NCBI GenBank assembly: GCA_963666385.1
Contig: OY762808.1
Coordinates: 243,139 to 307,138, forward strand
Length of the DNA stretch: 64,000 nucleotides
Source: Bacteroidales bacterium
GTDB taxonomy: Bacteria; Bacteroidota; Bacteroidia; Bacteroidales; UBA932
Reading direction: 5' to 3'
A program made the position numbers and the translations under genes. A model generated the notes under the pieces. The model did not search any database, was not told the DNA's origin, and saw nothing but the letters and a program-made list of their open reading frames with translations. Below, piece by piece: positions 17,696 to 26,515 of the stretch. Each line of letters opens with the position of its first letter. The first letter of the stretch is position 1.

Positions 17696-18664
17696 ATGAT
17701 TAACAGGAGATTGATCCGTATTAAGGTTTTCAAGGTTCTTTTCAGTAAGATTGGTTCGGGTTCAGATTCACTCTTAGCAGCTGAAAAAGAGTTGCTTTAC
17801 AGTTGTGATAAAACTTTGGAGCTATACTATTTCATGGCATCTTTGCCTATGGCATTGAAATATATTGCAGAACAAAAGATTGAGGCGGGGTTGAAAAAAT
17901 TTCATCCAACACCACAAGAGGCCAATCCAAACATGAAGTTTGTAAATAATAAATTAATCCAAAAGTTAGAAAACGATCCTGTAATCAAATCTTTTTGTGC
18001 AAAACACGGATTAAACTGGATGGACCATATTTCGTTTGTCAAAAAGCTCTACAAGGTAATTTCTGAGAAGGATTATTTTATTGAATACCTGGAATCTGAT
18101 AACAATTCTTTGGAAAATGACATTGATCTTGTATGTGCCGTATTTGAACAGGAGTTGGAAAACTCAGAGGAATTGGAAGAGATTCTGGAAGAGATGAACC
18201 TTTATTGGGTTGACGAATTGGCTTATATCATCAACATCATTATAAAGAAATTCAAACAAATAAATTCGAGTGACACTCCAGAAACAAATGAAGTTCTCCT
18301 TGACCATCCGGATGTTTTTATAAAAGAAGAGGATAAAGAATACGCAATCAGGTTATTGAACATTTCCATGATAAAGTATACTGAGTATACAGGATTAATG
18401 TCTAAATTTGTACTTAATTGGGAAACAGATAGATTGGCTTCGACGGATATTGTTCTTATTGTGATGGGAATTACAGAGGCTGTTACTTTTTCCAATATAC
18501 CACTGAAAGTAACCATTAACGAGTATGTGGAGCTGTCCAAATACTACAGTACTCCTAATAGTAAAGTATTCGTGAACGGTATGTTGGACAAGATTCTTTT
18601 ATCCCTAAAAGAGGATGGTACCATTGAAAAAAAGGGGAGAGGTTTGCTAGGGTCGTCAGAATAG
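17696..18664 (+). CDS. nusB: transcription antitermination factor NusB (long Bacteroidetes form)
   Basis: N-terminal MINRRLIRIKVFKVLF and C-terminal DRLASTDIVLIVMGITEA...INEYVELSKYYSTPNSKVFVNGMLDK are NusB signatures. Conserved nusB-yajC synteny. Confidence 0.8.
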   Translation: MINRRLIRIKVFKVLFSKIGSGSDSLLAAEKELLYSCDKTLELYYFMASLPMALKYIAEQKIEAGLKKFHPTPQEANPNMKFVNNKLIQKLENDPVIKSFCAKHGLNWMDHISFVKKLYKVISEKDYFIEYLESDNNSLENDIDLVCAVFEQELENSEELEEILEEMNLYWVDELAYIINIIIKKFKQINSSDTPETNEVLLDHPDVFIKEEDKEYAIRLLNISMIKYTEYTGLMSKFVLNWETDRLASTDIVLIVMGITEAVTFSNIPLKVTINEYVELSKYYSTPNSKVFVNGMLDKILLSLKEDGTIEKKGRGLLGSSE

Positions 18665-18698
18665 TTAATTTTGCATATAACAATTAATATAGAAAACA

Positions 18699-19019
18699 AT
18701 GAATTTTAACGTAATCCTACAAACAAGCACACAAGGCGGAGGAGCCGGCAATTACAGCTTCTTGATCATGATGGGTCTCATTTTCGTGGTAATGTACTTT
18801 TTCATGATTCGCCCTCAACAAAAAAAGCAGAAGGAACTTGCAAATTTCAGGAACAGCCTGTCAAAAGGAGACAAGATTGTCACAATAGGTGGCATCTATG
18901 GTGTAGTGTCTGAAATCAAGGAGAAGTACATATTGGTAGAGGTTGACAACAACATTAAGTTAAGGATCGACAAATCTGCCATAGTAAAAGATATAACTGA
19001 CCTTCCGGCATCTAAGTAA
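18699..19019 (+). CDS. yajC: preprotein translocase subunit YajC
   Basis: 106 aa with a single TM helix followed by RPQQKKQKE...GDKIVTIGGIYGVV, the canonical YajC pattern. Confidence 0.85.
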   Translation: MNFNVILQTSTQGGGAGNYSFLIMMGLIFVVMYFFMIRPQQKKQKELANFRNSLSKGDKIVTIGGIYGVVSEIKEKYILVEVDNNIKLRIDKSAIVKDITDLPASK

Positions 19020-19030
19020 TTTCTTTTGTC

Positions 19031-20008
19031 ATGTTCAGGTATGGCAAGGATATATTCAAATTGGAAAGAGGCAAGCAACTATTACTTTTTTTGTTTTGTC
19101 TCTTTCTTGCTTTTGTAATTTGGTCTGTCCATAACTTATCTGATAACTATAGCCATTTTTTCCAATACAGGGTTTTTTCAAATTCCAAAATCAAGGGAAG
19201 GAATACCACCTCTGGGTCCCTGAACAACTTGACAATAAGGGGTCGTGCAACTGGTTTTTATATTCTTCAACATCGCTTCTCTTTGGAGAGGCAACTTAAT
19301 ATTGAACCGGAAAGTACACTTTTCAGAAAAACTCCAAACAAAGAAAATTCATTTTTTATCCTTACTGCAGATATCAGGGATGTCATTATTGAGTCTGTAA
19401 GCGATAAACTTATTGTAGATTATATTAGTGCAGACACTTTGTTTTTCCAATTTCCAAAAATGGCAACAAAAGAAGTTCCTGTGTCTGTGCAAAGCAGGGT
19501 CACATTCAAAGAGCAGTATACCTCTTTTACAGGATTACAAGTTGAACCACCACAAATTACACTTTCCGGAGAAGAGAAGATATTGGGTGAAATTGATAGT
19601 GTTTACACAGAGGTTGTATTTATTCAAAGAGCAAATAAAAATGAATCGGGATTTGTGAAAATAAAACCTTTGAAGGGAGTGCTCTTTTCTGAAGATGAAG
19701 TTTATTATACTTTGGAAACTAAAAGGTACATAGAACAAAAGCAGGAAATTCCGGTATCTGTGTTGAATATTCCGGATACTATTGATGTGATTGTTTCGCC
19801 TCCATTTTTTACGCTTTATGCAAAGGTGGGTATGTCATTGGCAGAGGATATTGACATTGCCTCCACGACTTATGCAATAGACTATAACCAGTTTCCCAAA
19901 TCAGGAACATTCTTGGTGACACCAAAAATATCGTTCGTAAGCAAAGGTGCATTTAGTTATAGAACAGAACCACCTGTCTTGGAGGTGAAGGTTGTTAGAA
20001 AATATTGA
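19031..20008 (+). CDS. YbbR-like domain-containing membrane-anchored protein
   Basis: 325 aa with an N-terminal TM anchor and repeated beta-rich segments. Position between yajC and coaE matches conserved Bacteroidales synteny. The family call is from memory. Confidence 0.55.
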   Translation: MFRYGKDIFKLERGKQLLLFLFCLFLAFVIWSVHNLSDNYSHFFQYRVFSNSKIKGRNTTSGSLNNLTIRGRATGFYILQHRFSLERQLNIEPESTLFRKTPNKENSFFILTADIRDVIIESVSDKLIVDYISADTLFFQFPKMATKEVPVSVQSRVTFKEQYTSFTGLQVEPPQITLSGEEKILGEIDSVYTEVVFIQRANKNESGFVKIKPLKGVLFSEDEVYYTLETKRYIEQKQEIPVSVLNIPDTIDVIVSPPFFTLYAKVGMSLAEDIDIASTTYAIDYNQFPKSGTFLVTPKISFVSKGAFSYRTEPPVLEVKVVRKY

Positions 20009-20014
20009 TTTGAC

Positions 20015-20626
20015 ATGGCACAGACAGTTGTATGTACCGGTGGAATAGGTAGTGGTAAAAGCTATATAATTAAAGTATTCCAAAATTTTGGGGTTCCTGC
20101 TTACATATCTGACATCAGGACTAAAGAACTTTATAACGAAAACCATCAACTCTCCAATGGATTGATGCGTATCCTGGGCAATGATATATTCGAAGATGGA
20201 AAACTAAGACGGGACATTATGGCCTCAAGGATTTTTTCTGACTCATCATTGCTGCAGAAAGTGAACTCCCTTGTCCAGCCATTCGTTTTGGAAGATTTTC
20301 TCAAGTGGAAATCCAGGATGGAAATGAAAGGCCATAAATTGGTGTTGCTTGAAAGTGCTATCTATTTGGAATCATCTGTTTTCAAGGGTAGTGCCGATTA
20401 TGTGATTGTTGTTACAGCTCCAGAAAAATTAAGGGTAAAAAGGGTAGCACAGAGGGATGGTATTTCCCAAAAAATGGTAATGGAGCGGATATCTAAGCAG
20501 ATGGCTGAGTCTGATCGTCTTTCAAGGGCAGATTTTATTATCTTTGCCGACGGAAAAAATGCGGTTATGCCCCAGGTTTATCGTATTTTAAAAAAACTTG
20601 AGTATTTTGATCAATCTAATATGTAA
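20015..20626 (+). CDS. coaE: dephospho-CoA kinase
   Basis: GGIGSGKS P-loop at the N-terminus. About 200-aa size class. Confidence 0.85.
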   Translation: MAQTVVCTGGIGSGKSYIIKVFQNFGVPAYISDIRTKELYNENHQLSNGLMRILGNDIFEDGKLRRDIMASRIFSDSSLLQKVNSLVQPFVLEDFLKWKSRMEMKGHKLVLLESAIYLESSVFKGSADYVIVVTAPEKLRVKRVAQRDGISQKMVMERISKQMAESDRLSRADFIIFADGKNAVMPQVYRILKKLEYFDQSNM

Positions 20627-21357
20627 TGGGTTACGGTAAATGGATTAGCGGAGCTATTGGTTGGGCCGTTGCTGGTCCCTTGGGAGCAGTATTGGGATAT
20701 GCAGTAGGGTCTATTCTTGAAAAAGGTGCAGATATCTCAAGTAATGGAGCAAAAAAGTCATACAGTCAAACAGAGGAGCGGAATAGTTTTCTGGTAAGTC
20801 TTTTGGTTCTTTCTTCTGCTGTAATGAAAGCAGATGGTAAAATATTAAAGTCGGAGTTATCTTACGTAAAAAGCTTTTTGGTGCAAAACTTCGGACCCGA
20901 CGCGGGAAAGGAGGCCTTGCTTTATTTAAGGGATCTTTTGAATAAAGATGTAGATGTATCACAGGTTTGTAATCAAGTCAGGAGTTACATGGCCTATGAA
21001 GCCAGGGTACAGCTGCTCCATTACCTTACCGGTATAGCAAGGGTTGACGGTGCTTTTACGGTTTCTGAACTGAGCGTTTTAAAGCAGATTGCATTTGCAT
21101 TGGGAATTCCCTCTTCCGAAACTGAATCTTTGTTTGCTATGTTTGATAATGGTTTGGATGCTGCATACAAGGTGTTGGAGATTACCAGAGAAGCTACCGA
21201 TGACCAAGTCAAAAAAGCATACCGAAAATTGGCTGTGAAACATCATCCAGACAAAGTTTCCCATTTAGGTCCGGATGTTCAGAAAGCTGCCGAAGAGAGG
21301 TTCAAGAAATTGTCCGAAGCATATGAAGCTATAAGGAAAGAACGAAACATGAATTAA
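20626..21357 (+). CDS. TerB-like domain protein with C-terminal J domain (DjlA-like co-chaperone)
   Basis: C-terminus YKVLEITREATDDQVKKAYRKLAVKHHPDK carries the HPD J-domain motif. Glycine-rich membrane-like N-terminus. TAATG overlap with coaE. Confidence 0.75.
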   Translation: MGYGKWISGAIGWAVAGPLGAVLGYAVGSILEKGADISSNGAKKSYSQTEERNSFLVSLLVLSSAVMKADGKILKSELSYVKSFLVQNFGPDAGKEALLYLRDLLNKDVDVSQVCNQVRSYMAYEARVQLLHYLTGIARVDGAFTVSELSVLKQIAFALGIPSSETESLFAMFDNGLDAAYKVLEITREATDDQVKKAYRKLAVKHHPDKVSHLGPDVQKAAEERFKKLSEAYEAIRKERNMN

Positions 21358-21404
21358 TTTATATACTTAATAAATCCTATTATAGGATACAAATCCAGAG
21401 AAAT

Positions 21405-21857
21405 ATGAGTAAAACAAATTTGCAGAAAATTTTATCTATAGCCGGACAACCAGGATTGTTCAGGTTTGTGGCACAAGCAAAAGCTGGTGTTGTTGCTGAG
21501 TCAATTGTGAATGGTAAAAGAAATATGTTTGGAATGAATGCCAGGTTGACCTCATTGGCCGATATTTCAATTTACACAGAAGAGGAGGAGATGCCTCTTA
21601 TACAGGTTTTGGAAAAAATGAAAGAGCATCTGGGTCAGGATAATGCTCCGGAAGCAAAATCCAAACCGGAAATTCTAAAAAACTTTTTTGACAAGGTAAT
21701 ACCTAATTACGACCAAGATCGTTTTTATGTTTCACATATGAAAAAGGTTGTGGAGTGGTACAATTTGCTCAAGCAACATGACTCTTTGGATTTTGAATAT
21801 CCAGAGCAAGAATCTGCAGAAGGAGATTCAACTGCTAACCAGAATCAATCGGAATAA
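21405..21857 (+). CDS. conserved Bacteroidetes hypothetical protein (DUF5606-like)
   Basis: 150-aa ORF with protein-like composition. TAATG junction with rimO. The family assignment is from memory only. Confidence 0.55.
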   Translation: MSKTNLQKILSIAGQPGLFRFVAQAKAGVVAESIVNGKRNMFGMNARLTSLADISIYTEEEEMPLIQVLEKMKEHLGQDNAPEAKSKPEILKNFFDKVIPNYDQDRFYVSHMKKVVEWYNLLKQHDSLDFEYPEQESAEGDSTANQNQSE

Positions 21858-23179
21858 TGGTTCGCAAAATACAACTTGTAACCCTGGGTTGTTCCAAGAA
21901 CAGAGTTGATTCTGAGCACCTGTTGAAACAGGTTTTTGAAAATGGTATTGAGATTGTGGCAGAGGGTTCTTATATTACAGAATCGAATTCTGATGCAATC
22001 ATACTGAATACATGTGGCTTCATAAAGGATGCCAAAGAGGAGTCTATAGAAGCAATTCTAAACGCAGTGGAGTCCAAGAAAAACGGCATGACCAAAAAGG
22101 TTTTTGTTTTTGGTTGCTTGTCGCAAAGGTACAGGAGTGAACTTATCAAGGAAATTCCAGAGGTGGATGGTTTTTTTGGCGCTTTTGACGCCCAATCAGT
22201 CCTAAAGGCAATTGGTCATGACTGGAATGATAAATACAACAACAGCAGGTATCTCACAACTCCTCCTCATTATGCCTATTTGAAAATATCGGAGGGTTGT
22301 GACAGGGTTTGCTCATATTGTTCAATACCTTTGATAAGAGGTCCACATGTCTCCATCCCTGTGGAAGATTTGGTTGAAGAGGCATATTTCCTGGCGCAGA
22401 ACGGAGTTAAGGAGTTGATTGTGGTTGCACAAGACACTACATATTACGGACTGGACCTGTACAAAGAGAGAAGGTTAGCTCAATTATTGGAAAAGCTATG
22501 TGATGTAAACGGAATTGAATGGGTCAGGCTGCTATATTCATATCCCTCTGCATTCCCAGAAAGTGTTCTTGATGTGATGGCAAACAATCCTAAAATGTGC
22601 AAATATCTTGATATTCCTTTGCAGCATGTCAATGATAAGGTATTGGCAAACATGAGAAGGTCAGTGGATGGAAACACTACCAGAAGGTTGGTCGAAAGTT
22701 TCAGGAAAAAGGTTCCCGGGATTGTCTTGAGGACAACAATGATTGTCGGGCATCCAGGGGAGAGTGCCAAGGCGTTTTCGGAACTCAAGGATTTCGTGTC
22801 GGAGGCCAGGTTTGAAAGGCTTGGAGCTTTTACTTATTCCCAGGAAGAGGGAACATGGGGTGCCATGAACCTTAAAGATGCCATTTCTGAAAAGGTTAAA
22901 CAACAGAGATATCAGGAACTGATGGAGTTGCAGTCATCAATTTCTTACCAATACAATATGTCCAGGATTGGATCTGTACAGAGGGTGCTGGTAGATAGTG
23001 CAGATAATGATGTATATGTTGCGAGAAGCATGGCAGAAAGCCCGGAAGTTGATGGTGAGGTTTTGATTGGCGCAGACTCTCTGCCACAAATTTATAAATC
23101 TAAAAATATTATTGGTACATTTGTAGATGTACAAATTCAAAATGCAGATGAATACGATTTATCGGCTATTTTTGTGTAG
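21857..23179 (+). CDS. rimO: ribosomal protein S12 methylthiotransferase RimO
   Basis: MTTase N-domain (LVTLGCSKN, NTCGF). Radical SAM CSYCSIPLIRG. C-terminal TRAM domain. Confidence 0.9.
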   Translation: MVRKIQLVTLGCSKNRVDSEHLLKQVFENGIEIVAEGSYITESNSDAIILNTCGFIKDAKEESIEAILNAVESKKNGMTKKVFVFGCLSQRYRSELIKEIPEVDGFFGAFDAQSVLKAIGHDWNDKYNNSRYLTTPPHYAYLKISEGCDRVCSYCSIPLIRGPHVSIPVEDLVEEAYFLAQNGVKELIVVAQDTTYYGLDLYKERRLAQLLEKLCDVNGIEWVRLLYSYPSAFPESVLDVMANNPKMCKYLDIPLQHVNDKVLANMRRSVDGNTTRRLVESFRKKVPGIVLRTTMIVGHPGESAKAFSELKDFVSEARFERLGAFTYSQEEGTWGAMNLKDAISEKVKQQRYQELMELQSSISYQYNMSRIGSVQRVLVDSADNDVYVARSMAESPEVDGEVLIGADSLPQIYKSKNIIGTFVDVQIQNADEYDLSAIFV

Positions 23180-23208
23180 TTATTAGTATACTATAAAATA
23201 ATGATCTT

Positions 23209-23955
23209 ATGAAATTACTAGAAGGAAAAGTTGCTTTGATTACTGGTGCTGCCAGAGGTATAGGTAAAGCCATAGCTGTCAAATATGCCCAACAGGGGGC
23301 AAATATCGCGTTTACCGATCTAACGATAGATCAAAACGGAGAAAACACTAAGAAGGAGTTGGAACAATATGGGGTCAAGGTCTTGGCTTTGGCTTCCAAT
23401 GCAGCATCTTTTGAAGAAGCCCACAAGGTTGTGGAAGATGTTGTCAAGGAGTTTGGCAAACTTGATATTTTGGTTAACAATGCCGGGATTACAAAAGATG
23501 GACTAATGATGAGGATGTCCGAACAACAGTGGGACATGGTTATCAATATCAACCTCAAAAGTGCCTTTAATTATGTTCATGCTGTGACACCTGTAATGAT
23601 GAGGCAAAAGTCAGGGGCCATTATCAACATGAGCTCGGTAGTTGGCGTGGGTGGTAATGCAGGGCAGGCAAATTATTCTGCTTCCAAAGCCGGAATGATT
23701 GGCCTTACCAAATCAATTGCACAGGAACTTGGTTCTCGCGGAGTTCGTTCAAATGCTGTTGCTCCGGGTTTTATAATAACGGAGATGACAGGTCAGCTTC
23801 CAGAGGAGGTCAAGAAGCAGTGGGCGGCCCAGATTCCTTTAAGACGTGGCGGAACTCCGGAAGATGTTGCCGATGTTTGTCTTTTCCTTGCATCTGACTT
23901 GTCTTCTTATGTAACCGGACAGGTTATATCTGTTTGCGGGGGTATGAAAATGTAA
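23209..23955 (+). CDS. fabG: 3-oxoacyl-[ACP] reductase
   Basis: TGAARGIGKAIA (TGxxxGIG), NNAG and YSASKAG (YxxxK) SDR motifs. 248 aa. Confidence 0.9.
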   Translation: MKLLEGKVALITGAARGIGKAIAVKYAQQGANIAFTDLTIDQNGENTKKELEQYGVKVLALASNAASFEEAHKVVEDVVKEFGKLDILVNNAGITKDGLMMRMSEQQWDMVININLKSAFNYVHAVTPVMMRQKSGAIINMSSVVGVGGNAGQANYSASKAGMIGLTKSIAQELGSRGVRSNAVAPGFIITEMTGQLPEEVKKQWAAQIPLRRGGTPEDVADVCLFLASDLSSYVTGQVISVCGGMKM

Positions 23956-23981
23956 TATTAATATTTAAATCTCTTGTCATT

Positions 23982-24836
23982 ATGAAGAGGTTCCTGTCGT
24001 TGTTCTGGATTGTGATATTATTGATATCATGTTCGGAGGGTTCGTATAAAGAACCAGAATTGCCTTCCAAAGGGTTGAAAATTATGATTCAAACAGATTT
24101 TGAAGGAGTCACGGGAGTGGTGAATTTCGATGAAATTTACCCTGGACACGAACATTTTGACAGGAACTGCAGGATATTGACAAACGAGGTGAATGCTGCA
24201 ATTGAAGGAGCGGTTGCAGCAGGTGCCTCGGAAATCATAGTGAGGGATGGACACGCCGGGAACATCAATGTAAATCCGGTATTGTTGGATAAAAGGGCAA
24301 AATTGATTCGTGGCAGGGTTCCTGGCAACCCTACAACCATGGTACTGGGAATAGATTCCACATACGATGCCCTGTTGTTTATTGGAGCTCATTCCAGGGC
24401 GGGGGAGCAAAAAGGAGTATTGTCCCATACAATGTCACTTGATGTTTTGGATTTCAGGATCAATGGCAAACAGTTGTTCGAAGCGGCTTATAATTCACTT
24501 TATGCGGGACAATTTGGTGTGCCGGTGGTATTCCTTGCCGGAGATGATGCTGCCTGCCGTGAAGCTATTGATAATTTCGGGAACATAGATACGGTAGTGA
24601 CCAAATATGCATTTGGGAGGACTTGTGCTATGAATAAATCTCCTGAAATTGTGTATGATCTCATTCGTGAGGGAGTTAAAAGTGCTTTGCTGGATTTGAA
24701 CAAAGGTTGCATTTTCAGGATTGAACCACCATACAAGATGGAAGTATTGGTAAAAGAGGGAATTGGCCAGAAATTTGTAACACATACTTCCGATACCTTG
24801 GAGGTAGTCATGGAAAAATTTTGGGAAAATTTATAA
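23982..24836 (+). CDS. M55 (DppA-type D-aminopeptidase) family protein with lipoprotein signal
   Basis: DFEGVTGV near the N-terminus of the mature part and the overall DppA-like pattern. Start set to MKRFLSLFWIVILLISCSE (lipobox LISC), which avoids overlap with fabG. Confidence 0.7.
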   Translation: MKRFLSLFWIVILLISCSEGSYKEPELPSKGLKIMIQTDFEGVTGVVNFDEIYPGHEHFDRNCRILTNEVNAAIEGAVAAGASEIIVRDGHAGNINVNPVLLDKRAKLIRGRVPGNPTTMVLGIDSTYDALLFIGAHSRAGEQKGVLSHTMSLDVLDFRINGKQLFEAAYNSLYAGQFGVPVVFLAGDDAACREAIDNFGNIDTVVTKYAFGRTCAMNKSPEIVYDLIREGVKSALLDLNKGCIFRIEPPYKMEVLVKEGIGQKFVTHTSDTLEVVMEKFWENL

Positions 24837-24839
24837 GCT

Positions 24840-25811
24840 ATGAAAAAACAGACTTTTATATTTAAGGCATTATGCATATTTGCACTGCTACCGCTGGTTT
24901 GGTCGTGTGGTCCTGTAGCCAGGATTTTGGAAGTTGAAAGTTCTGTTCCTGCTTTATATCCAGTGGCTCTGGAGAATAATTCAGTTGCGGTTTTCTTTCC
25001 GGTCGAGAAACTTGACATGCACGGCAACTACATCTCTGTGAATGATTCTCTCTTTATGGCACAAGTAGCAGAGGGAATTGCCCAAGAGATTGAATCTCAA
25101 CTATTACTTGATCAAGGCGCTGTGTTTGTATTCAGCCATTATCCTAGTGACAGGGAATATGGATTACAATATATTCAGGAGCTCTCTTTTGTTTCTAATT
25201 CGGACATTGTTATCTTACTTGATTCATTAAATATTTCCAAACCAATGGTAGTGCAAGATTCTGGTGTTGAATATGGGCAATCTTATATGATGAATTATAT
25301 TTATTCTGTAGTTCATTCATTATCTTTAGTTTATGATGGCACTTCCGGAGAGCAACTTGCAAGGATTTCTAAAAGTGATTCTGTATACTGGGAGGTGTTG
25401 TCCCGGAATGAGCTCAGGGAAGAGGCTTTGGTTTTAAGGGTTCTGAATTCATTGCCTAATGTTACCAATATGTTGGGTAATGATATTTCCAAAAGAATGT
25501 TTCCGGAATGGGTTCAACAACAGCGGAATATTTATGTTTTTCCAAACCCCAAATGGGATGAGGCTTACTCCTTTGCCCAACAATTCAAGTGGAAGGAGGC
25601 CATGGATATCTGGTTAGGTGAACTTCAAAGCCAAGATAAGGTAAAGGTGGCTGTTGCAGCCTTCAATATGGCTGTTGCATGTGAATTAACAGACAGGGTT
25701 GAGCTTGCAAGCGAATGGGCGCAACTCTCTTTCAAAAGTTATGTTTTGCCTGGCATCATAAGTTACAAACAGTATTTGAAAGAGAAAATTGAAGAGGAGC
25801 AACCCAAATAA
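24840..25811 (+). CDS. hypothetical lipoprotein with TPR-like C-terminus
   Basis: MKKQTFIFKALCIFALLPLVWSCGP is a lipoprotein signal. The C-terminal WKEAMDIWLGEL...VAVAAFNMAVACEL region looks like a TPR-like helical repeat. Confidence 0.55.
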   Translation: MKKQTFIFKALCIFALLPLVWSCGPVARILEVESSVPALYPVALENNSVAVFFPVEKLDMHGNYISVNDSLFMAQVAEGIAQEIESQLLLDQGAVFVFSHYPSDREYGLQYIQELSFVSNSDIVILLDSLNISKPMVVQDSGVEYGQSYMMNYIYSVVHSLSLVYDGTSGEQLARISKSDSVYWEVLSRNELREEALVLRVLNSLPNVTNMLGNDISKRMFPEWVQQQRNIYVFPNPKWDEAYSFAQQFKWKEAMDIWLGELQSQDKVKVAVAAFNMAVACELTDRVELASEWAQLSFKSYVLPGIISYKQYLKEKIEEEQPK

Positions 25812-25827
25812 GAAATCAGCACAAAAT

Positions 25828-26013
25828 GTGCTCAAAAGGGACACTACTCTTAGAGTCCATCGCAAAACGATCCTTTTTAACGACAAGGAGATGGAGGCTT
25901 TGCAAATGTATTGCAAAAAATACAAGGTTTCTTCCCAGTCCAAATTCATAAGGGAGGCAGTGGTTACTACCATACTCAAACAGTTGGAAGAGGATCATCC
26001 CAAATTATTTTGA
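25828..26013 (+). CDS. possible small ribbon-helix-helix-like protein (non-ATG start)
   Basis: KTILFNDKE (strand), MEALQMYCKKY (helix) and SQSKFIREAVVTTI (helix) give an RHH-like pattern. No in-frame ATG lies upstream of the strand. Candidate starts are GTG 25828 or TTG 25789. Confidence 0.3.
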   Translation: MLKRDTTLRVHRKTILFNDKEMEALQMYCKKYKVSSQSKFIREAVVTTILKQLEEDHPKLF

Positions 26014-26024
26014 TTTGAAAAAAA

Positions 26025-26340
26025 GGTGGGCCTGTAAGCCGGATTCTGTACTCTTGAAGTCCCTGTCATCTATCTGATGCAGCCTACCCCCCGGCATTGG
26101 GCGAGCAGCCCTCAAACGCCGGTGTATGTGGCCTTGCAGGAGACTGTTCGTACCCTCGCAGTGTCGCCACTACAAGTCGTGGGCTCTTACCCCGCGTTTT
26201 CACCCTTACCTCAAAAGAGGCGGTTGTTTTCTGTTACGATTTACCCGAAGTTACCCCCGGCTGTGCTTTCCACAGAGTCTTGCTCTTTCCTGTCCGGACT
26301 TTCCTCCCCCCTACGGAGGCGACAGGGCGACCCACCTAGG
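26025..26340 (-). ncRNA. rnpB: RNase P RNA (bacterial type A)
   Basis: The minus strand contains GGGAGGAAAGUCCGGACAGGAAAG (CR-I/P4 5' strand) and ACAGAAUCCGGCUUACAGGCCCACC (P4 3' strand plus P1). The 5' GGUGGG pairs with the 3' CCCACC. A T-run follows the 3' end and a TAnnTTTG motif lies just upstream. Confidence 0.85.
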
Positions 26341-26343
26341 CAG

Positions 26344-26351
26344 CAAAGGTA
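26344..26351 (-). promoter_or_regulatory. -7 promoter motif (TACCTTTG on minus strand) for rnpB
   Basis: Plus-strand caaaggta. It ends about 4 nt before the inferred rnpB 5' end. Confidence 0.5.
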
Positions 26352-26380
26352 GGAAAAAAGTGGTTCTTGAATAAATTTTA

Positions 26381-26388
26381 TATCTTTG
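26381..26388 (+). promoter_or_regulatory. -7 promoter motif (TATCTTTG) for the TPP-riboswitch-led operon
   Basis: TAnnTTTG lies about 18 nt upstream of the riboswitch P1. Divergent from the rnpB promoter. Confidence 0.5.
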
Positions 26389-26405
26389 CAGAGCATTAAC
26401 AAAAT

Positions 26406-26476
26406 GCTTGGGGGTGCCTTTTGGCTGAGATCATACCCTTTTCACCTGATCAGGATAATGCCTGCGAAGGGAAAGC
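26406..26476 (+). promoter_or_regulatory. TPP (THI-box) riboswitch
   Basis: gcttGGGGTGCcttttgGCTGAGAtcatACCCttttcACCTGATCaGGATAATGCCtGCGAAGGGAAagc matches the conserved THI-box core (CUGAGA, ACCUGAUCUGGAUAAUGCCAGCG). It has a closing P1 of gctt/aagc. Confidence 0.9.
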
Positions 26477-26515
26477 TGTCTCGATTCATACCCCCCTGCA
26501 GTAAATAATTATTTT

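Noticed and set aside
26077-26374. Three overlapping plus-strand ORFs of 80-91 aa
   Set aside because: The region is the RNase P RNA gene on the opposite strand. The ORFs are open only because of the GC-rich structured RNA.
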